NCBI RefSeq assembly: GCF_000021865.1
Contig: NC_014034.1
Coordinates: forward strand, 870,001 to 902,000
DNA: 32,000 nt
DNA from: Rhodobacter capsulatus SB 1003
GTDB lineage: Bacteria; Pseudomonadota; Alphaproteobacteria; Rhodobacterales; Rhodobacteraceae
Direction: 5' to 3'
The position numbers were made by a program, and so were the translations under genes. Shown piece by piece: positions 10,330-21,253 of this stretch; the stretch's first letter is position 1; every line of letters begins with the position of its first letter. The notes below the pieces were generated by a model. It was not told the DNA's origin. It did no database searches and was given only the letters and a program-made list of their open reading frames with translations.

Positions 10330-11268
10330 TCAATAGCCGCGGGTGCGATCGACCAGATGCAACGGCGCCTCGCCCGCCTCGAAACGGCGGATGTTTTCCG
10401 CAATCACCCGCGCGGCCGAGGCCGGGCGGGTCTCGGCCGCGATATGCGGGGTGACGGTCACCTTCGGATGCGCCCAATAGGGATGTTCGGGCGGCAGCGG
10501 TTCCACCCGGAACACATCGAGCGTCGCATGGCCGATCTGCCCGGTCTCCAGCGCCGCCAGCAGCGCCGCATCGTCAATCAGCGTGCCGCGGCCGGGGTTC
10601 AGGATCGCCGCGCCACGGGGCAGCAGCGCCAGCGTTTCGGCATTCAGAAGATCGGTCGTCTCGGGCGTGTTCGGCAGCACGGTGACCAGGATCTCGGCGC
10701 GTGACAGCGCCGCGCGCAGACCCTCGGCGCCCGAAAGGCAGGTGATCCCGGGCAGGGTCTTCGGCGTCCGGCTCCAGCCCGTCACCTGGAAGCCAAGCGC
10801 CGCCAGCGTCGTCGCACAGGCGCCACCCAAAGCGCCAAGGCCCAGCACCACGACCGAACGATCTTGCGCCAAGGGCGGCACATGGCCCGCCTGCCGCCAG
10901 ATACCGTCCTGATGCGACAGGAAAAAATCGATGTTCAGATGGGCGCGCAGCACATGGCCCGTCACCCATTCGACCATGCCACGCTCCAGCCCCTGATCGA
11001 CCATCCGGCACAGGGGCTGCGTCAGCGTCGGGTTGCCCACGACGCGTTCCACCCCGGCCCAAAGGCTCAGCACCGCTTTCGTGCGCGTGTAGGCGGTGAA
11101 ATCCTGCACCGGGCCACGCGGGCTGTAGACGATGTAATCGACCGATCCCGGATCGACCGGCGGCAGCACCAGCCGCGCGGCAATCCCGGCCTCGGCCAGG
11201 GCCGCGGTCAACGCCCCCTCATAGGCGGGCCAGTTCTGGGTCCGGTCGGCGAAAAGGACGGTCAGCAT
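10330..11268 (-). CDS. ghrA: glyoxylate/hydroxypyruvate reductase A (D-2-hydroxyacid dehydrogenase family)
   Basis: A 312-aa product, the same length as E. coli GhrA as I recall it. It shares signature stretches with GhrA: LPNTPET, DVF..EPLPPE.P.W.HP.VT.TPH.AA.TRP, and the C-terminal VDRTRGY. It has a GxGxxG Rossmann motif (GLGALGG). Confidence 0.85.
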   Translation of the reverse strand: MLTVLFADRTQNWPAYEGALTAALAEAGIAARLVLPPVDPGSVDYIVYSPRGPVQDFTAYTRTKAVLSLWAGVERVVGNPTLTQPLCRMVDQGLERGMVEWVTGHVLRAHLNIDFFLSHQDGIWRQAGHVPPLAQDRSVVVLGLGALGGACATTLAALGFQVTGWSRTPKTLPGITCLSGAEGLRAALSRAEILVTVLPNTPETTDLLNAETLALLPRGAAILNPGRGTLIDDAALLAALETGQIGHATLDVFRVEPLPPEHPYWAHPKVTVTPHIAAETRPASAARVIAENIRRFEAGEAPLHLVDRTRGY

Positions 11269-11271
11269 GAT

Positions 11272-12411
11272 TTACCTCGGTCGGTGGACATGGGCGCTTT
11301 GCACAAGGCCGAAGGCGGCAAGCAGGATCATCATCGCCGTGCCGCCATAGCTGACCATCGGCAGCGGCACCCCCACCACCGGCATCAGCCCCATCACCAT
11401 CCCCATGTTGATGGCGAAGAAGAAAAAGAACGTCCCCGCGACGCCCAGCGAGACGAGCGAGGCATAGCGGTCCTTGGTCGAAAGCGCCGTATAGGTCGCG
11501 AAAGCGATGATGCCGACATAAAGCGACAAAAGCCCAAAGGCGCCGATGAAGCCGAATTCCTCGGCCAGCGTGGTGAAGATGAAGTCGGTGTGCTTTTCCG
11601 GCAGGAAGTTCAGATGGCTTTGCGTGCCCTGCATGTAGCCCCGCCCCGACCAGCCGCCGGAGCCCAGCGCGATCTGCGCCTGCATGATGTTGTAGCCCGC
11701 GCCCAAGGGATCGGCGGAAGGGTCAAGGAAGGTGTCGATGCGCTTGAACTGATAGTCGTGCAGCAGCTGCCACGAGGTGCCGCGGCTTTCCAGCACGGTC
11801 GCCACCAGCCCCACGACAATCGCAATGATGGTGCCGAAGTACCAAAGGCTGACGCCGGCCGCGAACATCACGAAACCGCCGCCCAAGGTCAGCATCACCG
11901 CCGTGCCCAGATCGGGCTGGGTCAGCACCAGAAAGGTCGGCATCAGGATCAGCGCCACCGGCAGCGCCACCCAGATCGGGCTTGAAACCTTTTCGGCGGG
12001 CAGCCAGTCGTAATAGGCGGCCAGCAGCATCACCAGACCGATCTTCATGATTTCCGAGGGTTGCAGCCGCAAGGGTCCAAGATCCAGCCAGCGCTGCGCC
12101 CCCATCCCGATGTCGCCGACGAATTCCACCGCCAGCAGCAGCAACAGCGCGATCGTGTAGATCACCCCCGAGACATTGCGCCAGAACCAGATCGGCGTCA
12201 GCCCGACCGCGATCATCGCCACCAGCCCGACGCCGAAACGCTTCATCTGCGGCTCGGCCCAGGTTTCCAGGTTTCCCCCGGCGACCGAATAGAGCATCAG
12301 AAAGCCGGTCCCCGCCACCGCGGTCAACAGGAAGATCAGCGGCCAGTTCAGGAACAGGATCTTCGTCGGCCCGGAGGGGATCGTCTTGAGATTGTTTTCA
12401 AGGTAACTCAT
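11272..12411 (-). CDS. rodA: peptidoglycan glycosyltransferase RodA (SEDS family, elongasome)
   Basis: A 379-aa polytopic protein (MSYLENNLKTIPSGP...). It carries SEDS motifs (HTDFIFTTLAEEFGFIG, VGVPLPMVSYGGT) and lies directly downstream of mrdA. Confidence 0.93.
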   Translation of the reverse strand: MSYLENNLKTIPSGPTKILFLNWPLIFLLTAVAGTGFLMLYSVAGGNLETWAEPQMKRFGVGLVAMIAVGLTPIWFWRNVSGVIYTIALLLLLAVEFVGDIGMGAQRWLDLGPLRLQPSEIMKIGLVMLLAAYYDWLPAEKVSSPIWVALPVALILMPTFLVLTQPDLGTAVMLTLGGGFVMFAAGVSLWYFGTIIAIVVGLVATVLESRGTSWQLLHDYQFKRIDTFLDPSADPLGAGYNIMQAQIALGSGGWSGRGYMQGTQSHLNFLPEKHTDFIFTTLAEEFGFIGAFGLLSLYVGIIAFATYTALSTKDRYASLVSLGVAGTFFFFFAINMGMVMGLMPVVGVPLPMVSYGGTAMMILLAAFGLVQSAHVHRPR

Positions 12412-12420
12412 CGCGCCCCC

Positions 12421-14358
12421 TCAGGCCCGGCCACGGGTCGGCGCGGCGAATTGCGCCGGATCGATCAGGTCCAGCCCCTCGAACCGGCTTTTCACCGTCT
12501 CGCGCTGCGCGGCCGGATAGGCGGCCAGCGGCGGCAGCCCGCCCGCCAGCGCAAACAGCAGGATGTCGCGCGCGATCGGCGCCGCCGCGGCCGAGCCGCC
12601 ACCGCCATGTTCGACGATCAGCGACACCGCATATTTCGGATCGCCAACCGGCGCGAAACAGACGAACAGCGCATGGTCGCGCTGTTCCCAGGGCACGGCC
12701 TTGTTGTTGACCACGGCCGAGCGCACCTGCGAGGTGCCGGTCTTGCCCGCCATCAGCCATTCCTGCGTGACGACCTTGGAACCGCCCGCGGTCCCGTGCG
12801 AGCCGTTCACCACCGCCCACATGCCGCGCCGCGCCACGGCCAGATGCGCCGGATCGATGTCGAGCGCCGGGGCCTCGGGGGCGGTGACCTCGATCCCGTT
12901 GCGCGCCCGCACCAGCCGCGGCACCACCGCCCGCCCCGAGGCGACGCGCGACACCATCACGGCCAGTTGCAACGGCGAGGCCAGCACATAGCCCTGACCG
13001 ATCGAGGCGTTGATCGTGTCGCCGATCAGCCAGTCCTTGCCGTGCCGCTTCAGCTTCCAGTCCTTCGTGGGCGCATTGCCCTCGGCCACCGCCGACATCG
13101 GCAGGTCATGCTTGACGCCGATGCCCAGCCGCCGCGCCATCGCCGCGATCGCCTCGATGCCGACACGCTGCGAGACCTCGTAGTAATAGGTGTCGCAGCT
13201 TTGTTCGAGACTGTAGACCGCATTCACCCGGCCGTGGCCCGAATGCTTCCAGCAGCCAAAGCGCCGCCCGCCCACGGTCATGTAGCCCGGGCAATAGACG
13301 GTTTCCTCGGGGCTGATGACCCCGGCTTCGAGCGCGGCAAGCAGCGTCACCAGCTTGAAGGTCGAGCCGGGCGGATAGACGCCCTGCACCGTCTTGTCGG
13401 CCAGCGGCCGGTGGTCGTTTTCCATCAGCGCGGTGTAATCGGCGCCGGAAATGCCGCGCACGAACAGGTTCGGGTCAAAGGACGGCGCCGAGGCGATGGC
13501 CATGATGTCGCCGTTCGTCACATCCATCACCACCGCGGCGGCGCTTTCCCCCGCCAGCCGTTGCAGCGCGAAATTCTGCAGCCGCGCATCCAGCGTCAGC
13601 TGCAGGGCCACGCCCGGATCGCCCTCGCGGCGGCTGAGTTCGCGCATCTCGCGCCCGGCGGAATTCACCTCGACCCGGCGCTGCCCGGCGGTGCCGCGCA
13701 GCTCGTCCTCCAGCTTCGCCTCGATCCCCGACTTGCCCAGCTGGAAGCGCGGAATGCGCAGCAGCGGATCGGGGTTTTCCAGCTTCGACAGGTCGTAATC
13801 CGACACCGGCCCGACATAGCCCAGCACATGCGCGAAATCGGGGCCATGCGGGTAATGCCGCGACAGGCCGACTTCGGGGGTCACGCCGGGCAGGGCGGGG
13901 GTGTTGATCGAGACCGAGCAGAATTCCTCCCAGCTCAGCCGGTCGGCGATGGTGATCGGCGCATTCGGCGGACGCCGCGCGATTTCCGCCAGCAAATCCG
14001 CGGCTTGCGCATCGCTCATCGGGATCAGTTTCCGCAGCGCGGCCAGTTCCGCGGGCACGTCCTTGGCATCTTCGCGCGTCATCGTCACGCGGTAATTCTG
14101 TTCGTTGCCCGCGACCAGCAGGCCGTTGCGGTCATAGATCAGCCCGCGCGCCGGCGGGATCAGCCGGATCTTGATCGAATTGCCATCGGCCAGCATGCGG
14201 AATTCATCGGCGCGTTCCAGCTGCATGTGCCGCATCCGCAGCCCCAGCGCCGCCACCACCGCCGCCTGCGCGCCGCCCAGCATCAGCGCGCGGCGGGTGA
14301 TCGTCGTGCGGCTGGCCTGCGCATTGGCCTGGCTGCGCCGTCTGAGCCCCCTCAGCAT
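12421..14358 (-). CDS. mrdA: penicillin-binding protein 2 (elongasome transpeptidase)
   Basis: This is ORF-track frame 12421..14505. I set the start at ATG 14358 (MLRGLRRRSQANAQ...), preceded by GGAGAGG and lying after the mreD stop. Transpeptidase motifs STFK, SCD and KTGT are present. The upstream 49 codons overlap mreD and are non-homologous. Confidence 0.92.
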   Translation of the reverse strand: MLRGLRRRSQANAQASRTTITRRALMLGGAQAAVVAALGLRMRHMQLERADEFRMLADGNSIKIRLIPPARGLIYDRNGLLVAGNEQNYRVTMTREDAKDVPAELAALRKLIPMSDAQAADLLAEIARRPPNAPITIADRLSWEEFCSVSINTPALPGVTPEVGLSRHYPHGPDFAHVLGYVGPVSDYDLSKLENPDPLLRIPRFQLGKSGIEAKLEDELRGTAGQRRVEVNSAGREMRELSRREGDPGVALQLTLDARLQNFALQRLAGESAAAVVMDVTNGDIMAIASAPSFDPNLFVRGISGADYTALMENDHRPLADKTVQGVYPPGSTFKLVTLLAALEAGVISPEETVYCPGYMTVGGRRFGCWKHSGHGRVNAVYSLEQSCDTYYYEVSQRVGIEAIAAMARRLGIGVKHDLPMSAVAEGNAPTKDWKLKRHGKDWLIGDTINASIGQGYVLASPLQLAVMVSRVASGRAVVPRLVRARNGIEVTAPEAPALDIDPAHLAVARRGMWAVVNGSHGTAGGSKVVTQEWLMAGKTGTSQVRSAVVNNKAVPWEQRDHALFVCFAPVGDPKYAVSLIVEHGGGGSAAAAPIARDILLFALAGGLPPLAAYPAAQRETVKSRFEGLDLIDPAQFAAPTRGRA

Positions 14359-14374
14359 CCTGTCCTCTCCCCGT

Positions 14375-14914
14375 TCACAGCGGCCGCCCGAGGTCGTCGA
14401 CCTCGCCCGGCGCGGCGCGGCGCAGCCCGAAGGCCAGCGCCGAGAGCGCCACGACGAAAGGATAGGCGACAAAGGTCGCCAGCATGCGCAAAAGTTCGCG
14501 ACCAAGCGGCGGTTGCTCGACCATCACCAGCCCAAGGATGAAGCGGTTCGCCAGCAGCATGCCGATCATCACCGAGCCGATCAGCACCGCTTCGAGCACG
14601 AAGGGCAGATCGCGCGAGCTTTCCTCGCGCGCGCGCAGGAATTCGGTGCCGCCCAGAACGATCAGCGTCCAAAGCCCGATCGGGCGCCAATAGATGAAAT
14701 CTTCCAGCAGGAAGGCCGCGACGATCAGCGCCGCGGGCAGGTAATCGGGGCGGCGCATCACCCAGGCCAGCGTCAGCGCCAGCGTCAGGTCCGGGCCCGG
14801 GAACCCGTCCGAGACCGGGTTGATCGGCAGCATCCGCAGAAACAGGATGATCAGCACGAGGCCAAGATACAGCGCCGCATGCGCCAGCCTGCGCGAGGTG
14901 ACGGGGTCAACCAT
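14375..14914 (-). CDS. mreD: rod shape-determining protein MreD
   Basis: This is ORF-track frame 14375..15124. The start is set at ATG 14914 (MVDPVTSRRLAHAALYLGLVLIILF...), overlapping the mreC stop by 8 nt. It encodes a 179-aa hydrophobic multi-pass protein in the canonical position between mreC and mrdA. Confidence 0.8.
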   Translation of the reverse strand: MVDPVTSRRLAHAALYLGLVLIILFLRMLPINPVSDGFPGPDLTLALTLAWVMRRPDYLPAALIVAAFLLEDFIYWRPIGLWTLIVLGGTEFLRAREESSRDLPFVLEAVLIGSVMIGMLLANRFILGLVMVEQPPLGRELLRMLATFVAYPFVVALSALAFGLRRAAPGEVDDLGRPL

Positions 14915-15806
14915 CCTCGCCCCCGGCGGCGGCGGGGGGCAGGGGCTCGACCGCGGGCGGCGGCACGAGCGGTCCGACATCGGTGATCCTCTCGGCCGGA
15001 TGCGAGCGCAGGACGCGCAGGAAATCAAGGCGTTGGTAATCGGCAGCCAGAAGCACGCGCAAGCGGCGGTCCTGCCCCTGCACGACCTGACCGACCAGCA
15101 GCCCGGCCGGGAACACCCCGCCATCGCCCGAGGTCACGACCCGGTCGCCCGGCCGCACCAGATCGGGGTTTTCCAGGAAATCCAAGGGCGGCAGGGTGGA
15201 ATTGTCCCCCGCCAGCAGCGCGCGCTGCCCGGCGGGCTGGATAGTCACCGGCACCCGCGACGCGGTGTCGGTCAGCAGAACCACCCGGCTTGTCGCCTTG
15301 CCGACGCCGGAAATGCGGCCCACCAGCCCCAGCCCGTCCATCGTCGCCCAGCCATCGACGATGCCATCGCGCGAGCCGACATTGAGCAGCACCGATTGCC
15401 GGAACGGGCTGCCGCTGTCGGCCAGCACGACGCCCGAGACCGAGGTCAGCTTCGGATCGAGCCGCACCTGATTTTGCGCCAGCAGCTTGGCGTTTTGCTG
15501 CTCCAGCTGCACCGCCGCTTCCTTCCAGGCCTTCATCTGCTGAAGTTCGCGGCGAAGTTCCTGGTTCTGTTCGTAAATACGGGCGTAGCTTTGAAAGCCC
15601 TCGACCATGCCAAGGGCTTTCGTCACCGGCACCATCGCCCAGTCAAAGGTCGGCACGAAACGGTCGACAAAGGCCGAGCGCAGCCGCTCGACCCGCGGGC
15701 CGTCGATGCGCCACAAAAGGAAGGAAAGGGCAAGCCCGATCGCCAGCACCGCAATCAGGATGCGGCGCAGCGGTCCGGCATAGTCCTCGTCGCGGTCTCG
15801 TGCCAC
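14907..15806 (-). CDS. mreC: rod shape-determining protein MreC
   Basis: A 299-aa product with an N-terminal membrane anchor (ILIAVLAIGLALSFLLW), a coiled-coil segment (ELRRELQQMKAWKEAAVQLEQQNAKL), beta-rich domains (VVTSGDGGVFPAGLLVGQV) and a Pro-rich tail. It sits between mreB and mreD. Confidence 0.88.
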   Translation of the reverse strand: MARDRDEDYAGPLRRILIAVLAIGLALSFLLWRIDGPRVERLRSAFVDRFVPTFDWAMVPVTKALGMVEGFQSYARIYEQNQELRRELQQMKAWKEAAVQLEQQNAKLLAQNQVRLDPKLTSVSGVVLADSGSPFRQSVLLNVGSRDGIVDGWATMDGLGLVGRISGVGKATSRVVLLTDTASRVPVTIQPAGQRALLAGDNSTLPPLDFLENPDLVRPGDRVVTSGDGGVFPAGLLVGQVVQGQDRRLRVLLAADYQRLDFLRVLRSHPAERITDVGPLVPPPAVEPLPPAAAGGEDG

Positions 15807-15841
15807 GCAAGCCTCCGGTCACGACTGAAACTGGGCGGGCC

Positions 15842-18194
<2,353 letters not shown>

Positions 18195-18345
18195 GGCCGC
18201 TCCTGTCCCTTGTGTCTGGTCCGAAAATGGGGGCTGAGGTCCCGGGTGCAAGAAAAATCGACATCGGGCGCGTCGTTTTCGTCTGTTGCGCCTGCGATTG
18301 CATCTGCGGCGGCCCCGGGCCATGGTGCGCGAAAGGAGATGTCCG

Positions 18346-18831
18346 ATGATCCGTCCCGCCACCCCGGCCGATGTTCCGGCCGTGCTTGCCTTCTGGAATC
18401 CGCTGATCGAAACCGCGACGGTGGGCTTTTCGCCGACCCCGCACACGCTCGAGAGCCTGACCGCCCTGATCGCCTCCCGGCAGGCCGAGGACCGGGCGTT
18501 TCTGGTCGCCGAGACCGCGGGCGCGGTGCTGGGCTTTGCCAGCTACGACCAGTTCCGCAAGGGGCTTGGCTATGCGCGCTCGATGGAACACACGATCATT
18601 CTTGCGGCGCAGGCGCGGGGGCAGGGCGTCGGCCGGGCGCTGATGGCGGCGATCGAGGATCACGCCCGCACCCGCGGCGCGCATCTGATGGTGGCGGGGG
18701 TCTCGGCGGAAAATCCGGCCGGTCTCGCCTTTCACAGCGCTTTGGGCTATGTCGAGGCCGGGCGGATTGCGCAGGCCGGATACAAATTCGGCCGTTTTAT
18801 CGACCTTGTGCTGATGCAAAAGCTGCTCTGA
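18346..18831 (+). CDS. GNAT-family N-acetyltransferase (phosphinothricin / methionine-sulfoximine acetyltransferase-like)
   Basis: This is ORF-track frame 18286..18831. The start is ATG 18346, 7 nt after AAAGGAG. The 161-aa product begins MIRPATPADVPAVLAFWNPLIETATVGF... and has the acetyl-CoA motif ARGQGVGRALM. Overall it has the look of the PAT/YncA/MnaT family. Confidence 0.8.
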   Translation: MIRPATPADVPAVLAFWNPLIETATVGFSPTPHTLESLTALIASRQAEDRAFLVAETAGAVLGFASYDQFRKGLGYARSMEHTIILAAQARGQGVGRALMAAIEDHARTRGAHLMVAGVSAENPAGLAFHSALGYVEAGRIAQAGYKFGRFIDLVLMQKLL

Positions 18832-18848
18832 CGGTTTAGACTGGTCGC

Positions 18849-19553
18849 ATGGACAAGCCGCTTTCCCTTTGGGCCCGCATCGGCGAGGCGCTTTCGGCTC
18901 TCGCCCGCGGCGAGGGGCTTTCGGCGGTTTTCGACCATCTGAAAACCCCGCCCGAACGCAGCGTCGCCTTTACCATCGCGGTGATCGCGCTTGGCGCCAA
19001 GATGGCCAAGGCCGATGGCCGCGTCACCCGCGACGAGGTGACGGCCTTTCGCCGCGTTTTCGTGATCCCGTCCGGGGAGGAACAGAACGCCGCCCGCGTC
19101 TTTGACATGGCGCGGACCGATGTCGCGGGCTTTGACGCCTATGCGCGCAAGATCGCGGCGATGTTCGGCCCCGGCGCGCCGGTGCTGCAGGATCTGCTGG
19201 AAGGGCTTTTCACCATCGCGCTGGCCGATGGCGAATATCACGACAACGAGGATGCCTTCCTGCACGAGGTGGCGGCGATCTTCGGGCTGGATCAGGCCTG
19301 TTTCCGCTCGATCCGCGCGACCTATGTGGCCGATGCGCCGCCCGATCCGTGGTCGGTGCTGGAACTGGCGCCGGGATCGGATCTGGCGGCGGCGCGGGCG
19401 CGCTGGAAGGCGATGGTGCGCGAGGCCCACCCGGATCGCGCGATGGCGCGCGGCCTGCCGCCCGAGGCGGTGAAGCTGGCCGAGGAACGGGTGATCGCGC
19501 TCAACCGGGCGTGGGAAGAAATCTCGGCCGGAGCGAAACAGGCGGCGCTGTGA
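18849..19553 (+). CDS. DjlA-like co-chaperone: TerB-type domain plus C-terminal J domain (no obvious N-terminal TM helix)
   Basis: A 234-aa product. There are two TerB-like repeats ending in ..KADGRVTRDE.. and ..LADGEYHDNEDAFL... The C-terminal J domain carries the HPD motif (WKAMVREAHPDRA). Confidence 0.75.
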   Translation: MDKPLSLWARIGEALSALARGEGLSAVFDHLKTPPERSVAFTIAVIALGAKMAKADGRVTRDEVTAFRRVFVIPSGEEQNAARVFDMARTDVAGFDAYARKIAAMFGPGAPVLQDLLEGLFTIALADGEYHDNEDAFLHEVAAIFGLDQACFRSIRATYVADAPPDPWSVLELAPGSDLAAARARWKAMVREAHPDRAMARGLPPEAVKLAEERVIALNRAWEEISAGAKQAAL

Positions 19554-20581
19554 TGCGGATCGCCTGTTACAATGTCGAATGGTTCACCGCACTTTTCGAC
19601 CGGCGAGGCCGGATGCTGGAAGATGCCGAGGAGTCGGGCCGTTATGGCGTGACCCGGGCCGAGCAGCTGGGCGCTTTGGGCATCGTCTTCACCGCGCTCG
19701 AGGCCGATTGCATCCTCATCGTCGAGGCCCCCGACGACAACACGCGGCGCAAGACCGTGCCGATGCTGGAGGCCTTCGCGGCGAAATTCGGGCTGCGGCA
19801 GCGGCGTGCGGTGATGGGCTTTGCCAATGACACGCAGCAGGAAATCGCCGCGCTTTATGACCCCGACGTGCTGCGGCTCTGGCATGATCCCGCCGAGGGC
19901 AGCGCCACGGCGCCGCGGTTCGATCTGTCGCTGAAGATCGATCTGGATATCGATGACCGGCTGGATACGGTGCATTTCTCGAAACCGCCGCTGGAGTTGC
20001 AGCTGGAGGTTCTGACCGGCCCGGCGGCGGGCAAGCTGTTGCGGCTGATCGGGGTGCATCTGAAATCGAAGGCGCCGCATGGGGCGACGGATCCGGCCTC
20101 GGGGGTGCGGCTGGCGATCGAGAACCGGCGCAAGCAGCTGGCGCAATGCCTGTGGCTGCGCCGCCGCGTCGACGAGGTGCTGGACGCGGGCGAAAGCCTG
20201 ATCGTGCTGGGCGATTTCAACGACGGACCGGGGCTCGACGAATACGAGGCGCTGTTCGGCCGGTCGGGGCTTGAAATCGTGCTGGGCACCGGCGGGCCGC
20301 CCGCGCGGCAGCTGCACGACCCGCATGCGCGGCTGCCGCGCGGCAAGACGACGGCGCTGCCCGCCTCGGCGCGGTTCTTCATCCCCGAGCCGCCGCCGGG
20401 GCAGTTCTTTTCGGCGATGCTGGATTATATCGCGCTCTCGCCCGATCTGTGCGCACATGCACCGAAATGGCGGATCTGGCATCCGTTTGATGATCCGGGC
20501 TGTTATCGGGTGGCGGAGCTGCGCGAGGCCCTGCTGCAGGCCTCGGATCATTTTCCGGTCTCAGTGGATTTGGCGTTTTGA
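19553..20581 (+). CDS. endonuclease/exonuclease/phosphatase (EEP) family protein
   Basis: This is ORF-track frame 19349..20581. The start is set at ATG 19553, overlapping the upstream stop (TGATG). The 342-aa product begins MRIACYNVEWF. The EEP catalytic motifs appear intact: YNVEW (Asn/Glu), LIVLGDFNDGPG (Asp/Asn), LDYIA, and ASDHFPV (catalytic His). No signal peptide is visible. Confidence 0.8.
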   Translation: MRIACYNVEWFTALFDRRGRMLEDAEESGRYGVTRAEQLGALGIVFTALEADCILIVEAPDDNTRRKTVPMLEAFAAKFGLRQRRAVMGFANDTQQEIAALYDPDVLRLWHDPAEGSATAPRFDLSLKIDLDIDDRLDTVHFSKPPLELQLEVLTGPAAGKLLRLIGVHLKSKAPHGATDPASGVRLAIENRRKQLAQCLWLRRRVDEVLDAGESLIVLGDFNDGPGLDEYEALFGRSGLEIVLGTGGPPARQLHDPHARLPRGKTTALPASARFFIPEPPPGQFFSAMLDYIALSPDLCAHAPKWRIWHPFDDPGCYRVAELREALLQASDHFPVSVDLAF

Positions 20582-20599
20582 GGCGCCTATATTGGGCGC

Positions 20600-21043
20600 A
20601 TGACATCGCGTGCGCTTCTTGTGGGATCTGCAATCGCCGCCCTTGCCCTGGGGGGCTGGTTCGTCTGGGCCGAGGAGGCGCCGAAGCCCGTGCCGCCCCC
20701 GGTGGCCGAAGTGCCCGCGCCCACGCCGCGCGATGACATGGCGGCGGGCAAGTCGCTGGTGGAACGGGGCGCAGACATGTTCCTGCGCGGGCTGTTGCAG
20801 GAAATGGCCCCCGAGATCGAGGACATGCACAAGGGTCTGGGCGAGGCGGCGGACAAGCTGGGGCCGAAGCTGCGCGAGATCCTGGCGCTGATCGACGATG
20901 TGCGGAACTATCAGGCGCCCGAGCGGCTGCCGAACGGCGATATCGTGATCCGCCGCCTGCCGGGCGCGCCGAAGCCGCCGCCCTTGCCCGCGCCGGATGA
21001 CCGGGCAAAGCCGCGGATGCCGGGGCCGGTGACGGATCTGTAA
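20600..21043 (+). CDS. hypothetical signal-anchored protein with Pro-rich segments
   Basis: A 147-aa product. It has an N-terminal hydrophobic helix (LLVGSAIAALALGGWFVW), a Pro-rich linker (PKPVPPPVAEVPAPTP), a charged helical core and a Pro-rich C-terminus. Third-codon-position G+C is high, as in neighbouring genes. I recognise no family. Confidence 0.6.
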   Translation: MTSRALLVGSAIAALALGGWFVWAEEAPKPVPPPVAEVPAPTPRDDMAAGKSLVERGADMFLRGLLQEMAPEIEDMHKGLGEAADKLGPKLREILALIDDVRNYQAPERLPNGDIVIRRLPGAPKPPPLPAPDDRAKPRMPGPVTDL

Positions 21044-21057
21044 ATGCACCGCTGATC

Positions 21058-21156
21058 TGGCGAAGGCCATCGCCTTCGCCATGCGGGACAGGGTTCCCGC
21101 GACCGCCGAGTGCCCAAAGCACTCGGCCAGCGCCCGCCCCGCCCATGGCGGGCGCT
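21058..21156. terminator. three consecutive GC-rich stem-loops in a convergent intergenic gap (candidate bidirectional terminators or a structured RNA)
   Basis: H1 is tggcgaaggc (21058-21067) paired with gccttcgcca (21072-21081), a 10-bp stem with a 4-nt loop. H2 is gccgagtgc (21105-21113) paired with gcactcggc (21119-21127), a 9-bp stem. H3 is agcgcccgcc (21129-21138) paired with ggcgggcgct (21147-21156), a 10-bp stem followed by tctc. None has a classical U-tract. Confidence 0.4.
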
Positions 21157-21234
21157 TCTCGCCCGCCGGGTCGGGCGCTGGCCTCTGTTGCACTTGGGGA
21201 AACGGTCGCGGTGAACCGTGGTCGCAGCGGGCGG

Positions 21235-21253
21235 GGAAAGGCGATGCCTTTCC
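21235..21253. terminator. stem-loop just downstream of the ppx stop
   Basis: ggaaaggc (21235-21242), loop gat, gcctttcc (21246-21253). It lies 22 nt past the ppx stop on the minus strand. On the plus strand it is followed by a CU-rich ttctccgccc. Confidence 0.3.

Noticed and set aside
12061-14541. 826-aa ORF antisense to rodA/mrdA. The same applies to 6702..8546 antisense to hisS, 17010..18839 antisense to nhaA, 19322..20551 antisense to the EEP gene, and 29787..31610 spanning ldh/ftsW.
   Set aside because: This is the same compositional artefact. Each overlaps a gene with clear family motifs on the other strand or frame, and each has an Arg/Pro/Gly/His-dominated composition.
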